From NCBI RefSeq assembly GCF_046119375.1, contig NW_027362763.1, positions 853,368,001 to 853,432,000 of the forward strand: a stretch of DNA of 64,000 nucleotides. Reading direction: 5' to 3'. The notes beneath the pieces are model-generated. The model searched no databases and had not been told where the DNA came from. It was given only the letters and a program-made list of their open reading frames with translations. Each line of letters begins with the position of its first letter. Positions within the stretch are counted from its first letter, which is position 1. This document shows, piece by piece, positions 37,210-47,453 of the stretch. This DNA comes from Phyllobates terribilis (taxonomy: Eukaryota). The position numbers were made by a program, and so were the translations under genes.

Positions 37210-38477
37210 TAGGTACTGAATAGTACAGTTATTTCTACACTGTAGGACTGTATATCATGTAGGGAGATGGTGCCACACAAGGCAGTATCTAATGCAAGGC
37301 CCTGTTTCCATATGTTTTATAAAGAATTGATAGAGTCATGATTATTTTTATACAAAATATCTCCTTCTGTAATGTGTTATCCACAGTGTCCCATAGTAGT
37401 CAATTGTACATGGGTCATAATATTTTGGGAATGGACTAGTGCACTGTGCATTAAAATGAATAGGAGTTGTTAAAAACTCTGATAAATGAATTATCAAATG
37501 CAGTTTAACTTTATAATAACTAAACCGAAAAAAATGAGCTGGAGTATAAGTTATTATACATGCAAAATAGGGGCATGTTCACACTGGCTATTAAACAGAG
37601 AAAGCCTAAGACAGAAACAAAATGAACATATACCCTGCTGTAAGTAAATAAGTAAAAGCAATAGTGCATATAAATAACGCTGGGTACTTAGGAAACACCG
37701 TTTTTGATCAAAACAAGCGTAAAAGCCACATCCCAAAAGCGTCAAGGTGTTCCCAAATTTGGGATGGTCCTAACCTCTAGTGTTATCCGCTCAATGAGTA
37801 TTATGTAAAAAAAAAGCATAGTGCTGAAGAAACCATCATCAATCATATGATCAACAGGCGTCTGCCCAACATAGTAAAGCTGCTGGGCCCCAGATCATCT
37901 CTACCCGTGACTCTGCCTACAGATGTCACAATTACAGTGGGGGAAAAATGCACAATAAAGGAAGACTATATGATCCACAGAGATCTTTTGTGATCTCTTG
38001 GATGAAAAATGAAGTATAAAAATTATCACATCTTAACATTAGGAGAAAAAATAGTAATAAAATAAAAATAACCCTCCCCCCTCAAAGAAAAAAAAGTTAA
38101 AAAGAAAGGGTTTTTTTTATGTAAAATACATTTTAGCCCAAATACTAGATATTGCAAAAAACATACACAAATATCCAGACGCTCATAATAATCTGAATAA
38201 TTCATTCAATAGGTTATTGGATGTGAAACATGACACATAAAAAAAAATACCATACCAAAAATTGTTGTTTTTTTTTCCAAATTTGCGCCATGAAAAAATA
38301 TTATAGAAGTGACATAATAAGTTATATTTACCTATTAGCAGCAACAGCACAAAAAAATACTACAATTTCTCCCATATTAAACAAGGCCACGAACAGCCAT
38401 GTCAGTAATAAAATAAAAAAGGTTATGGCTACTGAAATGTGGAGAGGCGAAGGCTAATTAAATCGGCTTGTCATTAA

Positions 38478-38834
38478 AGTGGTTGTCCGGGCAAAATAAA
38501 AAGTTCACAGGTGGCATGGAGCAGTAAAAAATAACAAACTAAGTTATACTCCCCTACCATAACCCAACTGGATCCAGCGCAGGCCGCTCTGTCATCTGTG
38601 CTGACACAGAGATGTCACTTTTCCACCATCAACAGGACCACTGCAGCCTGTGATTGGCTGCAGCAAACAGATTCTGCTGCTGGAACGGTGACATCACCAC
38701 TTCCTGTCTCTGCTCAGACCACAGGGCTGCGTGCGCTGGATTCATGTGGCTGCCAGTAGGTGATTATGACTGAGTTTGTTATGTTTTATATATCCAGTAC
38801 CATGGGCAAAGTTTGTTTTGCCCACACGACCCCT
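38478..38834. mobile_element. T2/Kolobok-type MITE just upstream of the last ACTN2 exon
   Basis: TTAA|agtggttgtcc ... cgacccct|TTAA; subterminal gggcaaa/tttgccc. Confidence 0.65.
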
Positions 38835-38977
38835 TTAAGACACTTTCAGGCCTGTTCATGAACAAAAGTGCGTTGATTATTGGAATCCGGCGTGTCTACA
38901 ATGCTGTCCGATGTTCCATCCTATCAGTTGTGTTGCGGTACATTGCTGATCATTATTTCTCTGTTTGTTCCCTACAG

Positions 38978-39136
38978 CCTTACATATTAGCTGATGAACT
39001 TCGTCGAGAACTTCCTCCAGAACAAGCCCAGTACTGCATCTCCAAGATGCCTCCATACTCTGGCCGCGGCGCTGTCCCCGGTGCTTTAGATTATTCCTGC
39101 TTCTCAACTGCTTTGTACGGAGAAAGTGACCTGTAA
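38978..39136 (+). CDS. ACTN2: ACTN2 last coding exon ([10 protein letters not shown]...ALYGESDL*)
   Basis: gttccctacag acceptor; canonical alpha-actinin C-terminus YGESDL followed by TAA. Confidence 0.96.
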   Translation, partial: PYILADELRRELPPEQAQYCISKMPPYSGRGAVPGALDYSCFSTALYGESDL

Positions 39137-39217
39137 GGGGCTTCTTGTGCTCATCTCCCACCCGAAAATGTAGATGGTGTGCTTGCAGACTTTGATCAAG
39201 CCTAAAGGGAAACATGC

Positions 39218-39223
39218 ATTAAA
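39218..39223 (+). terminator. candidate proximal ACTN2 polyadenylation signal ATTAAA
   Basis: ATTAAA about 80 nt after the stop; motif only. Confidence 0.3.
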
Positions 39224-39584
39224 AATATAAGTGCTTGAAGTGCGGTGTCACACAGAAACGTGGACATTTTCTTTTGTGTAGACAAATATGAATCTGTGAA
39301 TATGTGTTTTCTTTCTTTGGGAAACTGTATTAGATATGACCTTATAGACAGGATTGGATTGTCATTTATCGCTTCACATGATTAGAATACAGATGTAGAG
39401 CCTGCTTCACAGCTGCAATATCAAGCCCCTGGTGCGTACCAATCACTATATAGGGCTTGTTAGAACCGCCGGGGATGGGGTGATGCCGCTATAACCCAAG
39501 CTCTAAAATGCAGTCATGTTACAGCCTTTCATTTGTAAGAATTACTTCAATTTCTATAATGCTTCAAACTGAAATTTTGTTTGG

Positions 39585-39996
39585 GGGCTCATTCACACGA
39601 CCGTAGGTTCTCGTCAATTATGCTAATGACACCCTGATTACACCCTGATCAGAGTTTGATCCGAGTGTCAGCATAGTGTGATCCGATTCTCTCAGATGAG
39701 AGAACTGTAGCACACTGTGAGGAGAAGACGGAGAACAAGATTTCTCCATTCAGCGAATTTGCAGAAATTGGACTGCACTCAGATGTCATCCGAGTGCAGT
39801 CCGATGTTTTCCAAGTACCCATAGACTTGAATGGGTTGAGTGGCATCTGATTTCAGAGTAAAATCTCAGCTTGCTGCAATTTTTTTCACTGACAGATTCT
39901 GTCAGTGAAAAAAATTGGACATCAGCACTGCCCCATTGAATAACATAAAACATCGGATAATACTCGTCCGATATATACGCTCGTGTGAGCGAGTCC
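39585..39996. mobile_element. Harbinger-type MITE in the probable ACTN2 3' UTR
   Basis: gggctcattcacacga ... tcgtgtgagcgagtcc|TTA inverted ends. Confidence 0.65.
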
Positions 39997-40075
39997 TTAG
40001 AGACATTGTTTATGGGATTGGGGGATTTGATGCAGCACTCATCAAACTAAAAAGTTACAGAATGTACACCACACT

Positions 40076-40081
40076 AATAAA
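40076..40081 (+). terminator. candidate distal ACTN2 polyadenylation signal AATAAA
   Basis: First AATAAA I found after the stop, with TG/T-rich sequence downstream; motif only. Confidence 0.4.
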
Positions 40082-41042
40082 GAATAATCGTCATATATAA
40101 TCTGTAATAATACCAATATTTGTGTGGTAAATTGAGTTATAATTCTCTTTGCTGAATTGGTCAATACATACAGTAGCTAGTTCTACCTGGATAACATATG
40201 GGGGCAGATTTACTAAACCTGTGCAATATTTAGACACCGCAAACTTAGACTAGACAGGACAAATATGTGTCTAAATGATGGCAGTGGTTCAATCTGGATA
40301 ATAAATTTGACGCATTTTTATGTGTAACTTTTTGTATAACTTTGCACCACCTCTTGGTCATCTGACTTTGCACCACTTTTTTGTGTATAAAGTTTTCCAC
40401 AATTCGGCTCATGCCCCTTTGTAAGCCATCCCCTTTTCCTCACAGCCATGACCCCTGGTCAGAAAAAGCATACAAGCAGTCTAACACATAATAAATAGGC
40501 AGAAAACGTTCTGTGTCATTTTGGCAAATTTATTTAGAAGGTCTTGAGTTAAAGGGGCTTTATATTTTCAGGAAAGTGGACTCCAAGCGCTTTAAAATGC
40601 ATGAAATAATAAACATAGCAGGTACTCACCCTCCCTGGTTTCATCACCAGCTCCCCAACGTTACTTGGGTCTCAGTGTTTTGGCTGTAGTGTTGATATCA
40701 TGTAAACAGCACACATCACCGCTGCAGCCAATCACTGAGATCAGCGGCTGTGCTGAGGTAGACACCAAAAGCCGCTGAGCTCAGTAATTGGCTGCAGCGG
40801 TGATGAGAGTTGTTGATAAGATGTCACCGCTGCAGGAAAAATATCAAAATCTGAACACCAGCGGAGAGCTTGTGCTGGACTCTGGAGGGAGAGTAACTCC
40901 TCCTTTTGTTATTTTAGGTATCTTAGAGCCTTTGGGGTACACTTTCCTGATAGAGGAAAAAAACCTTCATTCTGCTTTAAACATTTCATAGCTTGCATTC
41001 TTATGGGACTGTATTTATTATAAGTTATTCAATGCAGTTTAA

Positions 41043-42245
41043 GACCTCATTCTGAAGTCAGTGTTTTCACGTATGCAAAAAAATGGTCAGTATGTTATCA
41101 GTGTTTGGTCGGTGTGTCATCAGTGTTTGGTCGGTGTGTCATCGGTGTTTGGTCGGTGTGTCATTGGTGCTTGGTCGGTGTTTGGTCGGTGTTTGATCAG
41201 TGTGTTATAAGTGTTTGGTCAGTGTGTCATCAGCGCTTGGTCAGTGTGTCACCAGCACTTGGTCGGTGTGTCATCAGTGTTTGGTCGGTGTGTCATCGGT
41301 GCTTGGTCGGTGTTTGGTCGGTGTTTCATTGGTGTTTGTTCGGTGTGTCATCGGTGCTTGGTCGGTGTTTCATTGGTGTTTGGTCGGTGTGTCATCGGTA
41401 GTTGGTCGGTGTTTCATTGGTGTTTGGTCGGTGTGTCATCGGTGCTTGGTCGGTGTTTCATCGGTGTTTGGTCGGTGTGTCATCGGTGCTTGGTCGGTGT
41501 TTCATCGGTGTTTGGTCAGTGTGTCATCGGTGCTTGGTCGGTGTTTCATCGGTGTTTGGTCGGTGTGTCATCGTTGTCTGGTCGGTGTGTCATCGATGTT
41601 TGGTCGGTGTATCATCAGTGTTTGGTCGGTGTGTCATCGGTGTTTGGTCAGTGTGTCATCGGTGTTTGTTCAGTGTGTCATCGGTCGGTGTGTCATTGGT
41701 GTTTGGTCGGTGTGTCATTGGTGTTTGGTTGGTGTTTCATCGGTGTTTGGTCGGTGTGTCATTGGCGTTTGGTCGGTGTGTCATCGGTGTTTGGTCGGTG
41801 TGTCATCGGTGTTTGGTCGGTGTGTCATCAGTGATTGGTCGGTGTGTCATCAGTGATTGGTCGGTGTGTCATCAGTGTTTGGTCGGTGTGTCATGGGTCG
41901 GTGTGTCATCGGTCGGTGTGTCATTGGTGTTTGGTCAGTGGGTCATCAGTGTTTTTCACATATGGATAAATAAATATTCATTACAATATTAACCATGGGC
42001 AGCAAACGCACTGCACACTGATGCAATATGTGTACTGTATGTGTTTTTCATGGACCTATAGACTTGAACTGGCACATCCATGCTGCTGAAAAAAATGTCT
42101 CCGTGATTTTTGCACAGACACACAGTCCGGGGAAAAATATGGACATGTGAACAGCCCCATAAACTACTGTATAATGGCTACATTTTCAATCTGAGAAAAT
42201 CACTGATAGAATATGTACGTGCAACACGGACGTCTAAATGAGGCC
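41043..42245. mobile_element. Harbinger-type MITE expanded by a minisatellite
   Basis: TAA|gacctcattc ... aaatgaggcc inverted ends. Confidence 0.6.
41100..41950. repeat. ~22-bp minisatellite (tcggtgtgtcatcggtgtttgg)n
   Basis: Head-to-tail units with no unique spacers. Confidence 0.93.
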
Positions 42246-43992
42246 TTCTAAAGATAGCTGTTTAGAAAATTCTTAGTTGTCCAGGGAAACACACTACAAT
42301 GTAGCACCATCTCGCTGTCAGACATGTGGCTTTAGGCTGGAATGACACTTGCAGTTTCTGATAGGGCTTGTCTGTGTTAAAGGTACTGCACTCACCTCTG
42401 CTTGAAGTACAACACTTTCTGATGGCTCTATTCGTGATGGACTGCTGCCACTAGGTCTGACTATTTAGTTGTTCTTTTTAAGCACCACTCCAGCGTTTTT
42501 TTTTATTTCACCGCTGGAGTGGTGCTTAAAATCCAAGTCCCCTGCCCCCTGTCTGATACTTACTTTCTGGTGTTTTCATCTGTTTTCGCTGCGGTTCTGG
42601 TCCTTCTTCTGCAGTTTGTGACCTGCCAGCTTTTCCAGTGTTGCATGTGACGCGCCCCCTGGGCCGCGCGTGTGAGGGGATACCCGGAACCGGACCCGTT
42701 GCGGATGCTGGGGGTTGTAATCCTCGTGTGGCGGGGACCCGGTCCCGTGGCTCAGGGTGGTCAACTCAAATGGCGGTCTATTTATGTGGTTTTTATGATA
42801 TTAAATGTCCAACTACGCCACCCGTGGATTGCGGTCAGGATGAACCGCCGCTGCAGGGCAGACCGCTAAGGTTGGTGTTGTGGGTGCAGCAGTGTGTGAT
42901 ACAACTCCCCACGGGAGGAGTATAGCCTCAGGGCAGTGTATGCGGAGAATGGGGGTGATGGTGCAGGAGTAGCAGTAACGACACGGAGTCAGTGATGCAG
43001 TCCAGGGTCTTTACTCACAGTTCTTATTATCCAGACCACTTCTGCAGGTAACGGCTGCCCATGTCGTACTGTGCTCACAAGGTGAGGGGCTCGGCCGACT
43101 CCCAGGTATCTCCGGAGTGTTTCACAGGACCCCCTTTGTGTGTCCTTTCTCTGACCTGTCATACCCCGCCAGTGACCTCGCTTCTGTCCGGCTGCCTCGG
43201 GCCTTCTCTTGGTAAACTTGGCGCCAGTTTCCCTGACCCTATATGGTGCCATCCTAGCAGGTGTAGCGAGGGGCTGCGCCACATGAAATGTCACAGCCTC
43301 CGGTTTCTAGCTGAGGGTAGTTCCCCGCCTCCACTAGTTTCGGGGACCGGTCTCCCCCTTTGGCCTGACCCTTCTACGCAGGTAGATTCGGGCGTGTGGT
43401 GGCGACTCGCCGGTCCACACCCATGGGGTCCCTTCGTTCCTTGTTCCTGGAGCCTCCTCCGCTCCTCTTCCTTCCTTCTCCTTCCTTCAGGCTCCGGCCT
43501 CTCTCTTAGGCCTTCCTGCGGAGCAGAGCCCATGCAGAGCCTCTGCTCCCACCTCCTGCTCCCTCTTCTTCTGTCTGACTGAACTAACTCTTCTCTTTCA
43601 GTGCTGGCTGGGCCTCACAGGCTAGGCCCGCCTCCGGAGCGGAGCTCCACAGTGGCCCTGCTCTGTCACTTCTTCTCTCAGACTGAACACAGAACTAAGA
43701 TGGTGCCCACTTTTTATACCTCCCTCTAGGTGCACCCAGGAACTGCTTCCTCCCTGCTCCTGCACTACAGGGTTCCCCCTTCCTCGGTGTTCCCTCCCCC
43801 CACTCCAGCCAGGGACAGGGACTGTCGTGCTCTACTTGGAGCATATCGGTCGCCCTGCCCCCCGGAAATGTGGTGTAATGCATTCAGGTGTCGGGGTCCT
43901 GATCCACACTCCATCCTTACCTGAGAGTAAGATATCGCACATCTGGTTGAGATGCAATACCTCTGTAGCAACCGAGCCTTCGGGGTGCTACA

Positions 43993-44003
43993 TTCCCCCC
44001 TGG
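43993..44003 (-). other. polypurine tract abutting the 3' LTR
   Basis: Minus strand ccaggggggaa|TG. Confidence 0.75.
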
Positions 44004-44721
44004 TAAATCACAGCACGTCCACGGGCTGGAACAGAGCAAAAGACAATGACAATTAGGGCATGCAAAAATTTATTTATTTATTTATTTTTTAAATTGTCAA
44101 CTGCATATCACTTCCCTTTATGGGAAACATTTTCTCTTTTCAACATTATAAATGCACTTTTAATATCAGGGGAACTCTTTTCTCAAACATCATGTAAAGC
44201 ATCATATAAAGCATTTCGGTATATAAAACTTTTCATATAAAACGTTTTCAAGTGGACTCTCTTGTACTAGCCGCGGTGTAACTTGCGACCAGGTGTCCAT
44301 TTTTCAATAAAGTGGAAACTTGCAAACAGGTAACAGACGAACATGAGGGACCCGTTCGTAAACCCTCAACGTAGGCCCTGGGGTGGCTGCAGGGCGTAGC
44401 TGATCCAGCTGCTGGACCTCGTCTTCGGCCACCTCTAATGGGTTTTTGTTCTGAGGTCAGTTGTTGTAGTTCTTTTATAAAACCAGTAGGGGGCACTTTA
44501 AGAAGTGCAATTATTTACAAAGTTGACCGCTCCCAGTCCTCGGCCGGATAGTTCACAAAAGTTGGCTGCTCCCAGTCCTCAGCCGGCTATTACTAACCCG
44601 TCTCCGGGTAACTTTCAGCAAAAACAAACAGGCAACAGTCAGGCAACAGTCCCCGTCTGGGGTAAACTCTTTCTTCCTGTACCCTAACGGGCAACTATGT
44701 ACAGTGCACTCACGTTTTCCT

Positions 44722-45030
44722 TTAATAGCGGCGTCCTCCTTGTGCATGCTCTTCCTCCTCGCCATACTCTTCAGACCCGTCCGGGTCCTCTGGGTAGTAG
44801 TGCTCATGGTAGTGTTCTTCTTCCACCCTCTGGACATTGAGGGCATACCACCCTTTCAGGCCTCGATGTCGGGTGTATATTACCCGATCTCCCGGGAACA
44901 ACTCCCGCTTCGGGTGACCCGCTGGCAGGTGACCCTCCACATCCCTCCTGTCAACATAGAGGTCTGTGGCTGTGGTAGAGTCCCGGATAAATCCCCACCC
45001 TTTCTCCTGGTGGAACTTTACCACAGTCCC
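44722..45030 (-). CDS. cold-shock (CSD/OB-fold) domain with acidic tail, C-terminal part of the LTR-element ORF
   Basis: GTVVKFHQEKGWGFI (RNP1-like), DLYV (RNP2-like), LFPGDRVIY and GLKGWYALNV align in order with CspA/YBX motifs; tail EEEHYHEHYYPEDPDGSEEYGEEEE. Confidence 0.8.
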   Translation of the reverse strand, partial: GTVVKFHQEKGWGFIRDSTTATDLYVDRRDVEGHLPAGHPKRELFPGDRVIYTRHRGLKGWYALNVQRVEEEHYHEHYYPEDPDGSEEYGEEEEHAQGGRRY

Positions 45031-45144
45031 AGCATTTTTAGGACCGCGTGCAGCTTGGGGGTTTCGGCGGGTTCGTGTCTTCTCCGTGCTCCGGGCCTGC
45101 AGCTGCTCCCTCTTCTAGCGCCGCGCCAGCTCTTCTTTCTCGAG

Positions 45145-46356
45145 CTACCTGATTTCCCGCTCACAGAACTCCTGCCTTCGAGCTGTGGCCGCCCGCGTCT
45201 CCTGCGCAAACCCCATCAGATCCTCCCTGGTCTGGTCCCACTCGATCTGGACCTCTTCCTCCGGGAGCTGGGGAATGGCGACTGGCTGTGGCACGGGCAG
45301 GAGCGGAGCAAGCGGAGCCTCGGCCTCTGCGGACAGGTTCTTCCGCTGACTGGGGTGAACCCATCCCTCTGGCACAGAGACCGGCTCTCCATCGGGTCCG
45401 GCGAGCTGGCTGTACAGGTCGGTCCCTAGGGGTGGTGGCTTCGGGATCTGGGGCGCATGCGGTTCGGAGGCGCCTGGGGAGGTCAGGCCTTGCGACCGGG
45501 CCTGGAGCAGGCCGCTTCCGACCGCACCCGGGGTCAGGGGGCACGGCCTGGGGCTTGATCCGGCGACGGTGCTCACGGCTTGGGACCTGTGTGCAGGCGG
45601 CGGGAGTGGGGGAGGCACAGCGATGCCCGAGACGTCTGGCTCCGCGACAGGGTCTGGAGGCAGGTTGGTAACATCAGGGCTGGTGGCAGGGGTGTCCCCC
45701 TTACCTGCTTCCAGGGCTGCGCTGCTCTCAACTTCTTCCGGCCTCCGCTCCTTGTCCTCAGGGGCAGGCTCGCTGGCCGGTGCTGGCGGCGTCCCGTGCT
45801 GCTGGGCTGCGACCCGCCGGGCCATCTCCTCTCTCCATCCTGCTACAGCTTCCCGCTGCGCCTGGACCATCCTCCGGTCCAAATCCTCCAACGCAGTTCG
45901 AAGGAACTCCGGGTCTTCTCCAGGGAGCTGAGCCATCAGCTCCCTGAGGCTGTACGGGGCCACGATGGCCTGCAGCAAGCCACCCATCAGGGTGCTGGAG
46001 TCGGTGCTGCTCGCCATCTCCGGGTGTGGTCTGCCGAGACTGATCCAAACCACACCCTGTCCCCCGGTTTTCTTCTCTTTCCGCCCCTGTTGGGGGTGGT
46101 CCTGGGGCAATCTTCTGACCATCACTCTTAGGGGCAGCCCCCCCACGTTGATGGACATCTCTACAGCCGCACTCATGGCTGTTGGGGGTGGGCTCCATCT
46201 TTGGCGCCATTCTGGGACCTCACCCACGATGGGAGGTGGTTTCCTGTTGTCTTTTGGCGCGCACATTATGGCGTCCGTTCTGCTAGGGCGGGCGCCATAT
46301 TTAATACAGTGAAACAGTCTCTTTTCAGGCACGCAGTACCCATTGGTGGCGGGCAC
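45145..46356 (-). CDS. LTR-element ORF, N-terminal part: Pro/Ala-rich with predicted helical segments; unknown function
   Basis: 403 open codons starting right after the PBS (GTG 46356; ATGs at 46266 and 46176); same frame as the cold-shock-domain ORF. Confidence 0.65.
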   Translation of the reverse strand: MPATNGYCVPEKRLFHCIKYGARPSRTDAIMCAPKDNRKPPPIVGEVPEWRQRWSPPPTAMSAAVEMSINVGGLPLRVMVRRLPQDHPQQGRKEKKTGGQGVVWISLGRPHPEMASSTDSSTLMGGLLQAIVAPYSLRELMAQLPGEDPEFLRTALEDLDRRMVQAQREAVAGWREEMARRVAAQQHGTPPAPASEPAPEDKERRPEEVESSAALEAGKGDTPATSPDVTNLPPDPVAEPDVSGIAVPPPLPPPAHRSQAVSTVAGSSPRPCPLTPGAVGSGLLQARSQGLTSPGASEPHAPQIPKPPPLGTDLYSQLAGPDGEPVSVPEGWVHPSQRKNLSAEAEAPLAPLLPVPQPVAIPQLPEEEVQIEWDQTREDLMGFAQETRAATARRQEFCEREIR

Positions 46357-46358
46357 GA

Positions 46359-46377
46359 AATCCTGCCAACTACTCCA
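46359..46377 (-). other. primer-binding site complementary to tRNA-Ser (AGA/UGA) 3' end
   Basis: Plus strand aatcctgccaactactcca versus recalled vertebrate tRNA-Ser end aatcctgccgactacgcca (17/19), 5 nt from the 5' LTR. Confidence 0.8.
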
Positions 46378-47446
46378 AAAGTTGACGCGCCCCCTGGGCC
46401 GCGCGTGTGAGGGGATACCCGGAACCGGACCCGTTGCGGATGCTGGGTGTTGTAGTCCTCGTGTGGCGGGGACCCGGTCCCGTGGCTCAGGGTGGTCAAC
46501 TCAAATGGCGGTCTATTTATGTGGTTTTTATGATATTAAATGTCCGACTACGCCACCCGTGGATTGCGGTCAGAATGAACCGCCGCTGCAGGGCAGACCG
46601 CTGAGGCTGGTGTTGTGGGTGCAGCAGAGTGTGATACAACTCCCCACGGGAGGAGTGTAGCCTCAGGGCAGTGTATGCGGAGGATGGGGGTAATGGTGCA
46701 GGAGTAGCAGTGATGACACAGAGTCAGTGATGCAGTCCAGGGTCTTTACTCACAGTTCTTATTATCCAGACCACTTCTGCAGGTAACGGCTGCCCATGTC
46801 GTACTGTGCTCACAAGGTGAGGGGCTCGGCCGACTCCCAGGTATCTCCGGAGTGTTTCACAGGACCCCCTTTGTGTGTCCTTTCTCTGGCCTGTTATACC
46901 CCGCCAGTGACCTCGCTTCTGTCCGGCTGCCTCGGGCCTTCTCTTGGTAAACTTGGCGCCAGTTTCCCTGACCCTATATGGTGCCATCCTAGCGGGTGTA
47001 GCGAGGGGCTGCGCCACATGAAATGTCACAGCCTCCGGTTTCTAGCTGAGGGTAGTTCCCCGCCTCCACTAGTTTCGGGAACCGGTCTCCCCCTTTGGCC
47101 TGACCCTTCTACGCAGGTAGATTCGGGCGTGTGGTGGCGACTCGCCGGTCCACACCCCTGGGGTCCCTTCATTCCTTGTTCCTGGAGCCTCCTCCGCTCC
47201 TCTTCCTTCCTTCTCCTTCCTTCAGGCTCTGGCCTTTCTCTTAGGCCTGCCTGCGGAGCAGAGCCCATGCAGAGCCTCTGCTCCCACCTCCTGCTCCCTC
47301 TTCTTCTGTCTGACTGAACTAACTCTTCTCTTTCAGTGCTGGCTGGGCCTCACAGGCTAGGCCCGCCTCCGGAGCGGAGCTCCACAGAGGCCCTGCTCTG
47401 TCACTTCTTCTCTCAGACTGAACACAGAACTAAGATGGTGCCCACT

Positions 47447-47453
47447 TTTTATA
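47447..47453 (-). promoter_or_regulatory. TATA box of the 5' LTR
   Basis: TATAAAA on the - strand, present in both LTRs; the solo LTR at 5011 has a TATAAG counterpart. Confidence 0.55.

Noticed and set aside
41100-41950. Regular short-repeat array superficially like CRISPR (also 23990-27050 and 60090-61400)
   Set aside because: Units are head-to-tail with no unique spacers, there are no cas genes, and the context is a eukaryotic intron/intergenic region.
45115-45147. Idea that the TAG codons are programmed gag-pol-type readthrough or APOBEC hypermutation
   Set aside because: Two stops ten codons apart with no pol downstream; they look like CAG-to-TAG changes rather than the TGG-to-TAG pattern of G-to-A editing.
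44704-46131. Overlapping + strand ORFs (241, 183, 127, 120 aa) in the LTR interior
   Set aside because: Antisense shadows of a GC-rich minus-strand ORF; PBS/PPT orientation and the CSD motifs support the minus frame.
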